A DNA stretch of 61,684 bases, taken from positions 1 to 61,684 of IMG/VR virus record IMGVR_UViG_3300044698_000167. One strand, given 5' to 3'. The translations under genes and the position numbers were made by a program. The DNA is from a virus (Duplodnaviria > Caudoviricetes). A model generated the notes under the pieces. The model ran no database searches and had not been told where the DNA came from. It saw only the letters and a program-made list of their open reading frames with translations. This document shows, one piece after another, positions 1-8,599 of this stretch. Position 1 is the stretch's first letter. Each line of letters starts with the position of its first letter.

Positions 1-15
1 CGCGCACCGAAGCCG
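1..15. repeat. 15-bp terminal direct repeat (left copy); contig circularises
   Basis: cgcgcaccgaagccg at 1-15 equals 61670-61684. Confidence 0.95.
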
Positions 16-440
16 ACGTCGCAGGTCTGCTCCGTACCGCTGAGATCACGGATGCTGCCCTGGCAGGGACTTTCGGACCGCAGTGGCGGGAGATCGTCAC
101 TCTGGTCCGCCAGGTGTCTTCGCTCACCCCAGGTCAGGCAGACATGCTGTCTTCGGAATGGGACGCAATCAGGGGCGCAGCCCGGGGCGCAGTCCTGGAC
201 GCAGCCAGGGGCGCAGCCTGGGACGCAGCCCGGGACGCAGCCTGGTATGCAGCCTGGGACGCAGCCCGGGACGCAGCCTGGGACGCAGTCCGGGGAACAG
301 TCCGGTATGCAGTCTGGGGCTCAGCCCGGGACGCAGCCCGGGCACTGGCGGTTAGGGACTTGGTCAGCTCTGAGCACTTCGCCGTGCTGTACGGACCGTG
401 GGCTTCAGTTTTCGGGAAGCCTGCCCCCTGCGAGCTGTAG
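1..440 (+). CDS. 3' part of junction-spanning phage protein with AAWDAA repeats (starts at 61468)
   Basis: Frame continues without a stop from GTG 61468 through the overlap into the 114..440 frame; 12-bp gggacgcagcc(c/t) repeats at ~160-345 encode [11 protein letters not shown]. Confidence 0.85.
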   Translation, partial: RTEADVAGLLRTAEITDAALAGTFGPQWREIVTLVRQVSSLTPGQADMLSSEWDAIRGAARGAVLDAARGAAWDAARDAAWYAAWDAARDAAWDAVRGTVRYAVWGSARDAARALAVRDLVSSEHFAVLYGPWASVFGKPAPCEL

Positions 441-451
441 CCTGCACAACC

Positions 452-488
452 CGAAGCGCCCCGAGGGACAGTTCCTCGGGGCGCTTCG
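452..488 (+). terminator. Intrinsic terminator-like hairpin
   Basis: 15-bp perfect arms cgaagcgccccgagg / cctcggggcgcttcg just after the stop at 440. Confidence 0.7.
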
Positions 489-820
489 CTGTCCGGCTGT
501 CCTGTCCTGCTGTCCCCGGACAGGACAGCCGGACAGGACAGCCGGACAGGACAGCCGGACGGGACAGGACAGCGGGACAGGACAGCCGGACAGGACAGCC
601 GGACAGGACAGCGGGACAGGACAGCGGGACAGGACAGCGGGACAGGACAGCCGGACAGGACAGCCGGACAGGGCAGCCGGACAGGACAGCGGGACAGGGC
701 AGCCGGACAGGACAGCCGGACAGGGCAACGGGACAGGGCAACGGGACAGGGCAACGGGACAGGACAGCCGGACAGGGCAGCCGGACATCTGTCCCGTCCC
801 GTTGCCCTGTCCGGCTGTCC
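489..820. repeat. Non-coding array of ~20 13-bp units (GGACAGGACAGCC and variants) with inverted copies on both flanks; candidate clt/TraB-recognition locus
   Basis: Direct units at ~516-787, inverted ctgtcc units at 489-515 and 789-820; immediately upstream of the spd/tra operon. Confidence 0.9.
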
Positions 821-860
821 TGTGGTTTACTTAATTCAAGGACACGGCAGACGGAGGAAG
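820..860 (+). promoter_or_regulatory. Recurrent AT-rich element ctgtggtttacttaattc plus gacggagga RBS
   Basis: 18 bp identical to 26390-26407; related copies precede several other genes. Confidence 0.7.
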
Positions 861-861
861 C

Positions 862-1887
862 GTGATGAAACACCGCACCGAAGAGCGGACCCGCATGGTG
901 CCCGAGACACGCGGCAGCAAGACCCACATGGTCCCCGAGACGTACACAGTCCGGGTTCCCGTGGCTCCCCTGGACTGGGACGCCATCGCGCTGAGGGCGG
1001 TACTCACTGCGGCGTCCCTCGCAGTGGCAGGAGCGGTCACCTGGTCCACGGTCGCCATCGGAGACCTGCTGTCCGGCGTGGCGCCCGCGTGGACCGCCTA
1101 CCTGGTAGCCGGCGTTTTCGACCTGGCCTGGATCACCTGCATGGTCCTGGAATGGCTGAGCCGGTACGACCGTGACCGGGCGGGGCTGCCGATCGTCTGC
1201 GGCTGGCTGGCGCTCGCCCTGTCCGTGACGCTGATCGTGATCCACGGCGGGTACACCGGAGCCTGGTCCCGGGAGTCCTGGATTCTCGGCGCCTGCGGCG
1301 GGGCCGTCTCCGTCCTGGCGAAGGGCATGTGGACTGTGGTCATGCGGCACTCAGCTGTGGAGATGGACCCGGCGTCCAGCGCGTGGCTCACCGCAGAGCG
1401 CCGGGAGATGAACGCTCGCCTGGCCACCGTGTCCGCCCGGCGCCAGCTGGCGCGTACCCAGTCCCGGACACAGGCAGAGGTGCTGGCCCTGTCAGCCGGG
1501 CAGCCGGACACCTGGACATCTGAGGTCATCCCGGACAGGACAGCCGGACAGGACAGCCGGACAGGACAGCCGGACAGGACAGCCGGACAGGACAGCCGGA
1601 CAGGACAGCCGGACAGGACAGCGGGACAGGACAGTCCCGCTGTCCTGGACAAGGGACAGGACAGGACAGGCGCCCCCATGTCCCTTGTCCAGGGCAACTC
1701 GGCGTTGGACCTGTCCGGGCGTCTGTCCCAGCGGGCTTTCGTCCGGGGCCTGCTGTCCGCCGACCCGTCCCTGTCCGACGCCGACCTGTCCGCCGCTGTC
1801 CGGTCCGAGTACGGACAGGACACGAAAGCGGACAGTATCCGCAAGGCGATCCAGCGGGCGCGGGGCGACCTGTCCCAGCCCGCGTAA
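862..1887 (+). CDS. SpdB-like plasmid spreading membrane protein (~4 TM, coiled coil, C-terminal HTH-like domain)
   Basis: Four hydrophobic segments with AYLVAGVFDLAW; RBS ggagg; first gene of the operon containing TraB; internal 13-bp repeats. Confidence 0.75.
   Translation: MMKHRTEERTRMVPETRGSKTHMVPETYTVRVPVAPLDWDAIALRAVLTAASLAVAGAVTWSTVAIGDLLSGVAPAWTAYLVAGVFDLAWITCMVLEWLSRYDRDRAGLPIVCGWLALALSVTLIVIHGGYTGAWSRESWILGACGGAVSVLAKGMWTVVMRHSAVEMDPASSAWLTAERREMNARLATVSARRQLARTQSRTQAEVLALSAGQPDTWTSEVIPDRTAGQDSRTGQPDRTAGQDSRTGQPDRTAGQDSPAVLDKGQDRTGAPMSLVQGNSALDLSGRLSQRAFVRGLLSADPSLSDADLSAAVRSEYGQDTKADSIRKAIQRARGDLSQPA
1531..1634 (+). repeat. Eight tandem 13-bp ccggacaggacag units inside the SpdB-like gene
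   Basis: Read directly; many inverted ctgtcc copies follow to ~1875. Confidence 0.9.
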
Positions 1888-1982
1888 CCACAGCGCGTCC
1901 CCGGGACTGCCCGGCACCCGCATCGCGGCGGAGGCGCGCACGCAGGGCCACGACACAGACACAGACAGAGGAAGGCGGAGAG

Positions 1983-2273
1983 ATGGACGGCATTCCCTAC
2001 GGGTGGATCGCCTGGGCCGCACTGAACACTGCGGCAGGTCATCCACCCGGGTACGAGAGCGCTGCGGCCGGGGCGGTCCGGGTGGCTGCCGACACCCGGG
2101 CGATGGTGGATCTGGATGCCGTGTACGGCCCGTACACGGCGGTTCTCGGGCCTGCTCTGGCCACAGTCTCCGGGCATGCGGGCAGTGGCCACAGTGCCCT
2201 TCCCGCCGCAGTCTCCGTGGCCCTGGCTGTCCTTGCCAGGTCGGCGGCCACCCGGAGGGGGACAGCGCCGTGA
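1983..2273 (+). CDS. Hypothetical protein in the transfer operon
   Basis: RBS ggag; GTGA overlap with the next ORF. Confidence 0.55.
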   Translation: MDGIPYGWIAWAALNTAAGHPPGYESAAAGAVRVAADTRAMVDLDAVYGPYTAVLGPALATVSGHAGSGHSALPAAVSVALAVLARSAATRRGTAP

Positions 2274-2413
2274 TCCCTTCGTTTGCATGGCCTCTGATCG
2301 CAGCCGCGGCGCTCATCCGGCTGAGCGGGATCCGCCCGGTGGGCGGCCTGTGGCTTCCCACAGCCGTCTTCTGTTTCGGCGTGCTGTCCGGCTTCCTGAC
2401 CGCGATGAACTGA
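2270..2413 (+). CDS. Small membrane protein (47 aa), Spd-like
   Basis: VIPSFAWPLIAAAAL...FCFGVLSGFLTAMN; hydrophobic; coupled start. Confidence 0.55.
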   Translation: MIPSFAWPLIAAAALIRLSGIRPVGGLWLPTAVFCFGVLSGFLTAMN

Positions 2414-2433
2414 GGAATGAGGAAGGAGAGGAC

Positions 2434-2940
2434 ATGGATATCTGGACCACGAACACGCTGTCTCTCGGGGGCCTGACCACGGGCCTGGGGATACTCACCT
2501 GGGTGGGTTACCGCTGGTGGTTCACGCAGCGGAAGAACTGGAAAGCGCTGGTCTTCCCCTTCGTCCCGCTGATGTGTTACGGAATGCTGCTGATCCTCAG
2601 CGCCGGAGGAGTCCTCGGGGGCGCGGCAGGGGTGACCCTGTGGGGAAGCAACCTGGTCGGGGACGTGACCCTGGAGTACGGGGCTGGCGGCGGTACCCCC
2701 GAGGTCACCCGCCCCGTGAGCCTGGTACTCACCAACGGAGGCCACATGATGGTCGTCCTCATGACGATCGCGCTCATCGCCACATGGGTTTTCAAGCGGA
2801 GCATCCGCCGGATCGACATCGTCCTGCCGATCGTCTGCGGGGTCAGCCTGGGCCTGTCCTCGGGCATCGCAGGGGTGGCCGCACAGGTACTGGGTCCGGC
2901 TGTCGACACCTCGGGCGGCATGCTGGCCGGCGTTCTTTGA
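2434..2940 (+). CDS. Multi-TM membrane protein, Spd-like
   Basis: RBS aaggag; several TM segments; lies between the SpdB-like gene and traB. Confidence 0.7.
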   Translation: MDIWTTNTLSLGGLTTGLGILTWVGYRWWFTQRKNWKALVFPFVPLMCYGMLLILSAGGVLGGAAGVTLWGSNLVGDVTLEYGAGGGTPEVTRPVSLVLTNGGHMMVVLMTIALIATWVFKRSIRRIDIVLPIVCGVSLGLSSGIAGVAAQVLGPAVDTSGGMLAGVL

Positions 2941-3049
2941 CATCCGTTCGTCCGACCCCGGAGGACCTCTCCGGGGCCGCAGTGCAGGGTCTGACCGGGC
3001 TGGACGCAGAGAACGAACGAACGAACGAACGACACTGATGGAGGAAGAG

Positions 3050-4759
3050 ATGGAGTACAGCACGTTCACGGTGCAGGCCCGGCAACCCGCACAGGAGTAC
3101 CGGCCATCGGAGGGGATCAGCACGGGCGGTGTGCTCACGCTGGCGGCCATCGCGGCCATCGCCGTCCTGGTGAAGCGGTCCGGTCGCAGCCGTCCTCGGC
3201 AGCAGAGCCAGGAGCCGACTGCACCCCGGCCGCAGGCCCCGGGCGAGCTGCCCAGCGTGAGCATGGAGGAGCTGCGCGGCGATGCCCCGGTTGCACCCCG
3301 GCCACAGTCCGCGCCGGGGAAGCCCGGCCTTCTCAGCGAAAAGGGAAAGGCTTTGCTCCTCGCCCCTGCTGCTAAAGCGCAGGCGCACCATCTGGATATC
3401 CCTCCCGGGCTTGCGGCCCGGCTCCAGACCGGGCCGTGGGGGGCAATGTGCAGGGCGAGGAAGCTGACCGGGCTGAAACGCGGGGAGCTGGAGAAGACGC
3501 CGTACGGCGTGGCGGTCCATGTGGAATTCGGGGGATCCCTGGACTTCGCCGCGGTACAGAGGTCGGTGGACCAGCTGGAGACCGGGCTGGACGTGGTGTC
3601 CGGCACGGTCCGGCTGCGCCGGGGGAGGTCCGCCGGACGGGGGGTCCTGGACGTGCGGATCAGGGACCCCCTCGCTGACGGGGTTCCGTGGGAGGCCCCC
3701 TCCGGTCCGGTCCGGCTGTCCTGTCCGCTGCGGCTGGCGGTGACGCCGTTCGGGGACACACTGGGGCTGGACGTGAAGCAGCGCGTAGGGGTCTTCGGCA
3801 CGTCCGGGTCGGGCAAATCGTGCGTGCAGCGGCTGATCGGCGCGCACGTGGCACAGGCCGCTGACGCGCAGCTGGAGATCTGGGACCTGAAGTTCGGGGT
3901 GGAGTCGCAGCACTACCAGGGCAAGGCGCACCGCGTGACCACGGCCGCGGACGCGGTGTCCCGGCTGGAGGAGCTGCTGGGCACCGAGTACCCCCGGCGC
4001 GCGGCGAAGCTGCGGGAGCGCGGGGTATCGCAGTGGACCGAGACGCCGTGGGACCCGGCCAGAGTGATCATCATCGATGAGGGCAACGCGCTGGTCAGGG
4101 AGCTCGACACGCAGCAGCTGGCGCGGTTGTTCACCGCTGTGGAGCAGGGCCGGGCGCTGGGGGTCTACTGGGTATGGGCCACGCAGTACCCCAAGGCGGC
4201 ATCGCTGCCGACTGAGATCCGCTCCCAGCTGAACGCGACTGTGTGCCTGAAGCTGCGTACGGACACAGAAGCAAGAGTCGTCTTCGGAGACGACGTGGCA
4301 GAGGGCTGGGCACCGCATGACCTGCTCGGTCCGGGGTGGCTGCTGCTGAAGGACGACGCGCACGCCGACCCCGTGGACGCGAAGGCCGTCTGGCTGTCCG
4401 TGGACAGCTTCCGGGCTGTCCCGGCGTCTGTCCTGGACAGGACGGCCGGACAGGACGGCCGGACAGGACGGCCGGACAGGACAGCCGGACAGGACAGCCG
4501 GACAGGACAGCCGGACAGGACAGCCGGACAGGACAGCCGGACAGGACAGCCGGACAGGACAGCGTCGACCGTGTCCCTGGATATCTGGACTGTCCTGGCC
4601 CTGTCCGACGGCAGTCTGCCCCTGTCCGAGATCGCGCGCCGGTCCGAGCGGTCGAAGTCAGCGGTTCACGCCGCGCTGGGGAAGATGGCGGCCGAAGGCT
4701 CCGTCACCCGGGACGGGGACGGCTACCGGCTGAAGTTGACCGGAACGGACTGCGGCTGA
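3050..4759 (+). CDS. traB: TraB-type FtsK/SpoIIIE DNA translocase (conjugative transfer protein)
   Basis: N-terminal TM; Walker A GTSGSGKS; Walker B VIIIDE; EQGRALG..ATQYP motif; C-terminal winged HTH (LSEIARRSERSKSAVHAAL); alternative start 3038. Confidence 0.85.
   Translation: MEYSTFTVQARQPAQEYRPSEGISTGGVLTLAAIAAIAVLVKRSGRSRPRQQSQEPTAPRPQAPGELPSVSMEELRGDAPVAPRPQSAPGKPGLLSEKGKALLLAPAAKAQAHHLDIPPGLAARLQTGPWGAMCRARKLTGLKRGELEKTPYGVAVHVEFGGSLDFAAVQRSVDQLETGLDVVSGTVRLRRGRSAGRGVLDVRIRDPLADGVPWEAPSGPVRLSCPLRLAVTPFGDTLGLDVKQRVGVFGTSGSGKSCVQRLIGAHVAQAADAQLEIWDLKFGVESQHYQGKAHRVTTAADAVSRLEELLGTEYPRRAAKLRERGVSQWTETPWDPARVIIIDEGNALVRELDTQQLARLFTAVEQGRALGVYWVWATQYPKAASLPTEIRSQLNATVCLKLRTDTEARVVFGDDVAEGWAPHDLLGPGWLLLKDDAHADPVDAKAVWLSVDSFRAVPASVLDRTAGQDGRTGRPDRTAGQDSRTGQPDRTAGQDSRTGQPDRTASTVSLDIWTVLALSDGSLPLSEIARRSERSKSAVHAALGKMAAEGSVTRDGDGYRLKLTGTDCG
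4435..4563 (+). repeat. About ten 13-bp units inside traB, in the linker before the wHTH
   Basis: ggacaggac(a/g)gcc tandem; inverted ctgtcc copies on the flanks. Confidence 0.9.
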
Positions 4760-4843
4760 CGGGTTGCGGGACAGGGGGACCCGTAGTTTGATTAAATCCG
4801 GAAGGACGGGGACGGCCCGTCCGCCGACAGACCCGGAGGAACG

Positions 4844-5062
4844 ATGACCAGCTCTGCCAATGTCTCCGCCGCGCTGCGTGAAGAGATCGCCGCGCACCAC
4901 CGGTTGGCCGCCGCCCTCTACGCAGATGCCGCCCGCGAAGCCGGAGACAACGGCGACGACGCGCGTGCCGCCGACTACGCCGACCGCGCCGCGCAGGAGC
5001 GTATCCGGGCAGCCGGACTGAGCAGTCAGGCCAACGAGCTCACCGACGGAGGCCAGCGATGA
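4844..5062 (+). CDS. Hypothetical protein
   Basis: AT-rich element plus ggaggaacgATG. Confidence 0.7.
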   Translation: MTSSANVSAALREEIAAHHRLAAALYADAAREAGDNGDDARAADYADRAAQERIRAAGLSSQANELTDGGQR

Positions 5063-5214
5063 CCCAGCAGCCCGAGCCCATCGAGCCCACAACCCTCGAC
5101 CAATGCCGCGCCGACTACGAGTCCGCAGCAGAAACCCGGACCCGCCTCGACCAGCAGTGGGCCGACGAGAGGGACCAGCTCTGGGACCAGCCCACAGGAG
5201 ACAGCAATGACTGA
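5059..5214 (+). CDS. Small hypothetical protein
   Basis: ATGA overlap; RBS ggagg; open frame MTQQPEPIE... Confidence 0.55.
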   Translation: MTQQPEPIEPTTLDQCRADYESAAETRTRLDQQWADERDQLWDQPTGDSND

Positions 5215-5452
5215 CCAGCAGCCCACCGACGAAGAGCGCGCCAAGGCCGCACCCCGGGTCTCCGCGCACGAAGCCGACTACACCGCCCGCACCCCGCACA
5301 ATCCCCTGGCCGCACCCCGGGTCGGGTCCCAGGCCGCACCCCGGGTCGGGTCCCACGGCGTCACCATCGACACCTACGCCGAAGCCCGCCGCCAAGCGCA
5401 GGACCACCAAGACGACGGCAACCTGTGGGCTGATGGAAGGGGCGGTCGATGA
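5207..5452 (+). CDS. Hypothetical protein with AAPRVGS repeat
   Basis: RBS aggag; 24-bp tandem repeat at ~5308-5355. Confidence 0.6.
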   Translation: MTDQQPTDEERAKAAPRVSAHEADYTARTPHNPLAAPRVGSQAAPRVGSHGVTIDTYAEARRQAQDHQDDGNLWADGRGGR

Positions 5453-5637
5453 GCCGACACCCCAGCCTCGGCGAACCCGGCCGCAACCACATCCCGCCCA
5501 CCACCGACGCCGAGCGCGTACAAGGCCAGATCGAACGCGGCGAGGTCCGCGCCGACGCCGACGCCGCCCGCGAGATCGCCGCACGCATCGAAGCCGAAGG
5601 CGGCTTCTGGGAGCCACGCGAAGGCGGCACCCAGTGA
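5449..5637 (+). CDS. Hypothetical protein
   Basis: ATGA-coupled; high GC3. Confidence 0.55.
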   Translation: MSRHPSLGEPGRNHIPPTTDAERVQGQIERGEVRADADAAREIAARIEAEGGFWEPREGGTQ

Positions 5638-5731
5638 ACGGCTGGTCGGCGCCGGCCTTCGCAGCCGAAGAGCAGCACCGCGCCGACGGCATGGCCGCCC
5701 TCGCCGTCGACAACACCCAGGAGCCCCAGCG

Positions 5732-5938
5732 ATGACCCACCGTATTCCGCTCGACGACCTGACCAGCGACCAGCTCGACCAGCTGTACGACCGGCTGGAG
5801 TTCACCGAGGCCACGCTCGCCCGCATGCGTGACCGGGCCGAGGTCGCCACCGTCCGCGCCGCCCGTGCCGAGGCCGAGCTGGACCGGCTGCGGGAGGACC
5901 TCACCTTCACTTGCTCCACTTGTGGGACCGAATCATGA
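5732..5938 (+). CDS. Hypothetical coiled-coil protein
   Basis: RIPLDDLTSDQLDQLYDRL; RBS aggag. Confidence 0.6.
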   Translation: MTHRIPLDDLTSDQLDQLYDRLEFTEATLARMRDRAEVATVRAARAEAELDRLREDLTFTCSTCGTES

Positions 5939-6053
5939 CCGCCCGGCCGATGCTCCCCGCGCATACCGTGCGCTGCCCCTGGTGCCACCCGCTGCCCGAG
6001 GACGGCGAGACCGGGCCGGTCCAACCGCCCGCTGGCACAACAGGTGACGGACG

Positions 6054-6263
6054 GTGATCGCGTTCGCCGGGTACGTGATGCTGGCGCTGGGCGTCGCCGT
6101 GGCGATGTGCGGCTGGCATCTCCTGCCCGCGCCCGCCTCCATCCGCCGCGAAGCCGCACACGGCCGCCAGACGGCCCGCGGGACACTGACCCGGACGCCC
6201 GTGCCAACCGGCCCCCGCAGGGCGCCACACGGCCACACAGCCACCGAGACGAGGCACCCTTGA
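6054..6263 (+). CDS. Small membrane protein
   Basis: N-terminal TM; coupled to neighbours. Confidence 0.45.
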   Translation: MIAFAGYVMLALGVAVAMCGWHLLPAPASIRREAAHGRQTARGTLTRTPVPTGPRRAPHGHTATETRHP

Positions 6264-6406
6264 GCGCACGATGGCTCGCCCTCCTCATCCCCGTCGCCTA
6301 CGCGGTGAGCATCCTCGCCGTCTACGCGGCCTACTCGGCCAGCACCCTCATCATCTCCGCGGTCGCACTCGCACGCCGCATCCGCAACCGAAAGACACCC
6401 CGATGA
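6260..6406 (+). CDS. Small membrane protein
   Basis: TTGA overlap; hydrophobic LSARWLALLIPVAYAVSIL. Confidence 0.45.
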   Translation: MSARWLALLIPVAYAVSILAVYAAYSASTLIISAVALARRIRNRKTPR

Positions 6407-6717
6407 CCCTCGGCGAACTCATCAACGCCCTCGAAGACCATGATCCCGCCAAGATCGTGCCGACCGGCTTCAACAGCCCGCACTCCTACCGCGGCTGCTA
6501 TGAGGATCTTGCCTTCGAGCCCGCCGCCAACGCCACCGTCGGCGACATGCTCGCCGACGCGCGGGCCGCCCTCGGCACCACCTACGAAGGCTGGAAAGGC
6601 GGGCAGTTCACGATGCGCGACTACACCGACTGCTGGCTGTCGCAGAAGGGCGATGCATCCGGAGAGTCCATCGGCCCGACACTTCTGCGCCTCATGCTCG
6701 CCGAAGGAGCACAGTGA
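6403..6717 (+). CDS. Conserved phage hypothetical protein
   Basis: MTLGELINALE...PHSYRGCYEDLAFEP...YEGWKGG. Confidence 0.7.
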   Translation: MTLGELINALEDHDPAKIVPTGFNSPHSYRGCYEDLAFEPAANATVGDMLADARAALGTTYEGWKGGQFTMRDYTDCWLSQKGDASGESIGPTLLRLMLAEGAQ

Positions 6718-6863
6718 AGATCTTCCGCTACACCAACTCCGACGGCGACTCCATCGAGGTCAGCATCCGCGTCCACCGCCGCATCCCCCTCGACCGCGTC
6801 GAAGAACTCATCGCCGGGATCCGCGACATCATCCGCCAGGCAACCAAGGAGGATCAGCGATGA
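6714..6863 (+). CDS. Small hypothetical protein
   Basis: RBS aaggag; GTGA/ATGA overlaps. Confidence 0.5.
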   Translation: MKIFRYTNSDGDSIEVSIRVHRRIPLDRVEELIAGIRDIIRQATKEDQR

Positions 6864-7087
6864 CCGGGATCCGTCCCGGGCAGGTGTACCGCGCCTGCGA
6901 CCCCCGCGACGAAGGGCGTCGTATCCGCATCGTGTCGTACCAGCCAGGCAGCACCCGCGCCCACGTCGTCGACGCCGTCACCGGTAAACGACCGCGCCAG
7001 ATCTACGTGACCAGCCTCCACACCGCACCGACCACAGCCACCGGCCAGCCCCGCCGCACCGGATACGCACTGGAGACCGACCGATGA
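6860..7087 (+). CDS. Hypothetical protein
   Basis: RBS aaggagg; IRPGQVYRACDPR...RRTGYAL. Confidence 0.65.
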   Translation: MTGIRPGQVYRACDPRDEGRRIRIVSYQPGSTRAHVVDAVTGKRPRQIYVTSLHTAPTTATGQPRRTGYALETDR

Positions 7088-7119
7088 CCGACACCGCACC
7101 TACCACGGAGAAGTGACCT

Positions 7120-7377
7120 ATGGCCGTGATCTACCGATACGAAATCCCCGTGGATGATGCCTGGCACGAGCACCAGCTCTCCGGAGCCGTGCTCCATGTC
7201 GCCAGCCGCAGCCGGGACACCGTCGAGCTCTGGGCGCTCAGCTCCGGCGGACCAGCCATCGCCAGGACCTTCTGTGTTTTCGGCACCGGCGAGCCTCTCC
7301 CGAGTGGACGGGTCAAGCACGTCGGCACAGCGCTGGCCCCTGGCGGCCGGCTGGTGTGGCACCTGATGGAGCGTTGA
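7120..7377 (+). CDS. Conserved phage hypothetical protein
   Basis: IYRYEIP...VFGTGEP...HVGT...LVWHL. Confidence 0.7.
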   Translation: MAVIYRYEIPVDDAWHEHQLSGAVLHVASRSRDTVELWALSSGGPAIARTFCVFGTGEPLPSGRVKHVGTALAPGGRLVWHLMER

Positions 7378-7380
7378 CCC

Positions 7381-7728
7381 GTGACCGATGACCCCGCCGC
7401 CCTGCTACGCGCCGCAGCAGAGAAGCTGCGCAGCCTCGTCACCTTCCTCGGCGACAACAGGGGCCCCTGGTATGTCGGCACCCCGCCGAGCGGCTACCCG
7501 CAATCGATCAGCAACAAGGGCGTGCCCTACTGCGTCGCCGACACCCACGAGGACCCGTCGATCCCGGTCTTCACGATCGCCCCGTACATCGCGACCATGC
7601 ACCCCGGCGTCGGGCGCGCCCTCGCCGACTGGCTGGACGCCGCGGCCTCCGACGCCGAGACGATCGGCCCCGACCCACACGCCCTCACGATCGCCCGCCA
7701 AATCCTCGTCCAGGAGACCACCCCATGA
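7381..7728 (+). CDS. Hypothetical protein
   Basis: YIATMHPGVGRALADWLD; high GC3. Confidence 0.65.
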   Translation: MTDDPAALLRAAAEKLRSLVTFLGDNRGPWYVGTPPSGYPQSISNKGVPYCVADTHEDPSIPVFTIAPYIATMHPGVGRALADWLDAAASDAETIGPDPHALTIARQILVQETTP

Positions 7729-8231
7729 CCGACGACAGACTCGTAGCCCTCAACGAAGCACTGGCCGAGCGCGACCAGGCGTACCGCGAACGCGCCCACC
7801 TGGTCGCCCTGCTGGCCGCGATGACCGACGGCGCCGTCATCGCCCCCGCACCCGACGTCGACGAGCCAGGCTGGCAGATCGCCTACCTCACGCTCGGCGG
7901 CTGGCAGTGCTCCTGGCACATCGCACCCGCCGACGCCGGCCTCTTCGCCCACGTCGAACACGTGGCCACGGACCACCCGCGAGCACAGTGGGACGGCCAC
8001 ACGACCGACGTGAAATACCGGCGTATCCGCACCCACACCACGGTCATCGCCGTGCGCGCCGCCGCCGCCGCCCGGCTCACCCTGACCGACGCCCGCACCC
8101 TCATCGCGCCACGCCTCACCCAGCCACTCGCCTACCTGCTGGACGATGCGGCAGACGGAGACGATCAGGAAGGCGGCCTCGCCGTGGACGGCGACGGGAA
8201 CGGCAACGACCGCCCCACACAGGAGAAATGA
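7725..8231 (+). CDS. WDGHT-motif phage protein
   Basis: AYRERAHLVALL...QCSWHI...WDGHTTDVKYRRI. Confidence 0.7.
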   Translation: MTDDRLVALNEALAERDQAYRERAHLVALLAAMTDGAVIAPAPDVDEPGWQIAYLTLGGWQCSWHIAPADAGLFAHVEHVATDHPRAQWDGHTTDVKYRRIRTHTTVIAVRAAAAARLTLTDARTLIAPRLTQPLAYLLDDAADGDDQEGGLAVDGDGNGNDRPTQEK

Positions 8232-8233
8232 TC

Positions 8234-8599
8234 ATGGGGCTTGATTTCAGCCACGGCGACGCGCACTGGCCCTACGGCGGCTTCATGCGCTTCCGCAACG
8301 CACTCGCCGCCTACGAGGGTATCCACCTGACCGACATGGAGGGCTTCCACCGCTACAGGGAACCGGACCACCCGATGCGGTCCTGGGACACCGTCACCAC
8401 CCCACTCAAGCCGCTACTGGACCACTCCGACTGCGACGGTGAGCTGACCCCCGAGGAATGCCGCCAGGTCGCCCCCCGCCTGCGGGAGGTCATCGACGCC
8501 ATCTGGCCGCAGGACGGTCACGAACGCCAGGCGGGTCTCCGCCTCGCTGAGGCCATGGACGCCGCCGCCGCAGCCGGTGAACCGCTGGAGTTCATGTGA
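8234..8599 (+). CDS. Conserved phage hypothetical protein
   Basis: MGLDFSH...LLDHSDCDGELTPEEC; RBS aggag. Confidence 0.7.
   Translation: MGLDFSHGDAHWPYGGFMRFRNALAAYEGIHLTDMEGFHRYREPDHPMRSWDTVTTPLKPLLDHSDCDGELTPEECRQVAPRLREVIDAIWPQDGHERQAGLRLAEAMDAAAAAGEPLEFM

Noticed and set aside
1-15. Terminal 15-bp repeat as attL/attR or a physical terminal repeat
   Set aside because: It falls in the middle of a continuous ORF, which fits an assembly overlap of a circular or permuted molecule.
489-820. GGACAG array as a CRISPR or as coding sequence
   Set aside because: Tandem units have no unique spacers. The overlapping ORFs in many frames are products of a stop-free repeat.
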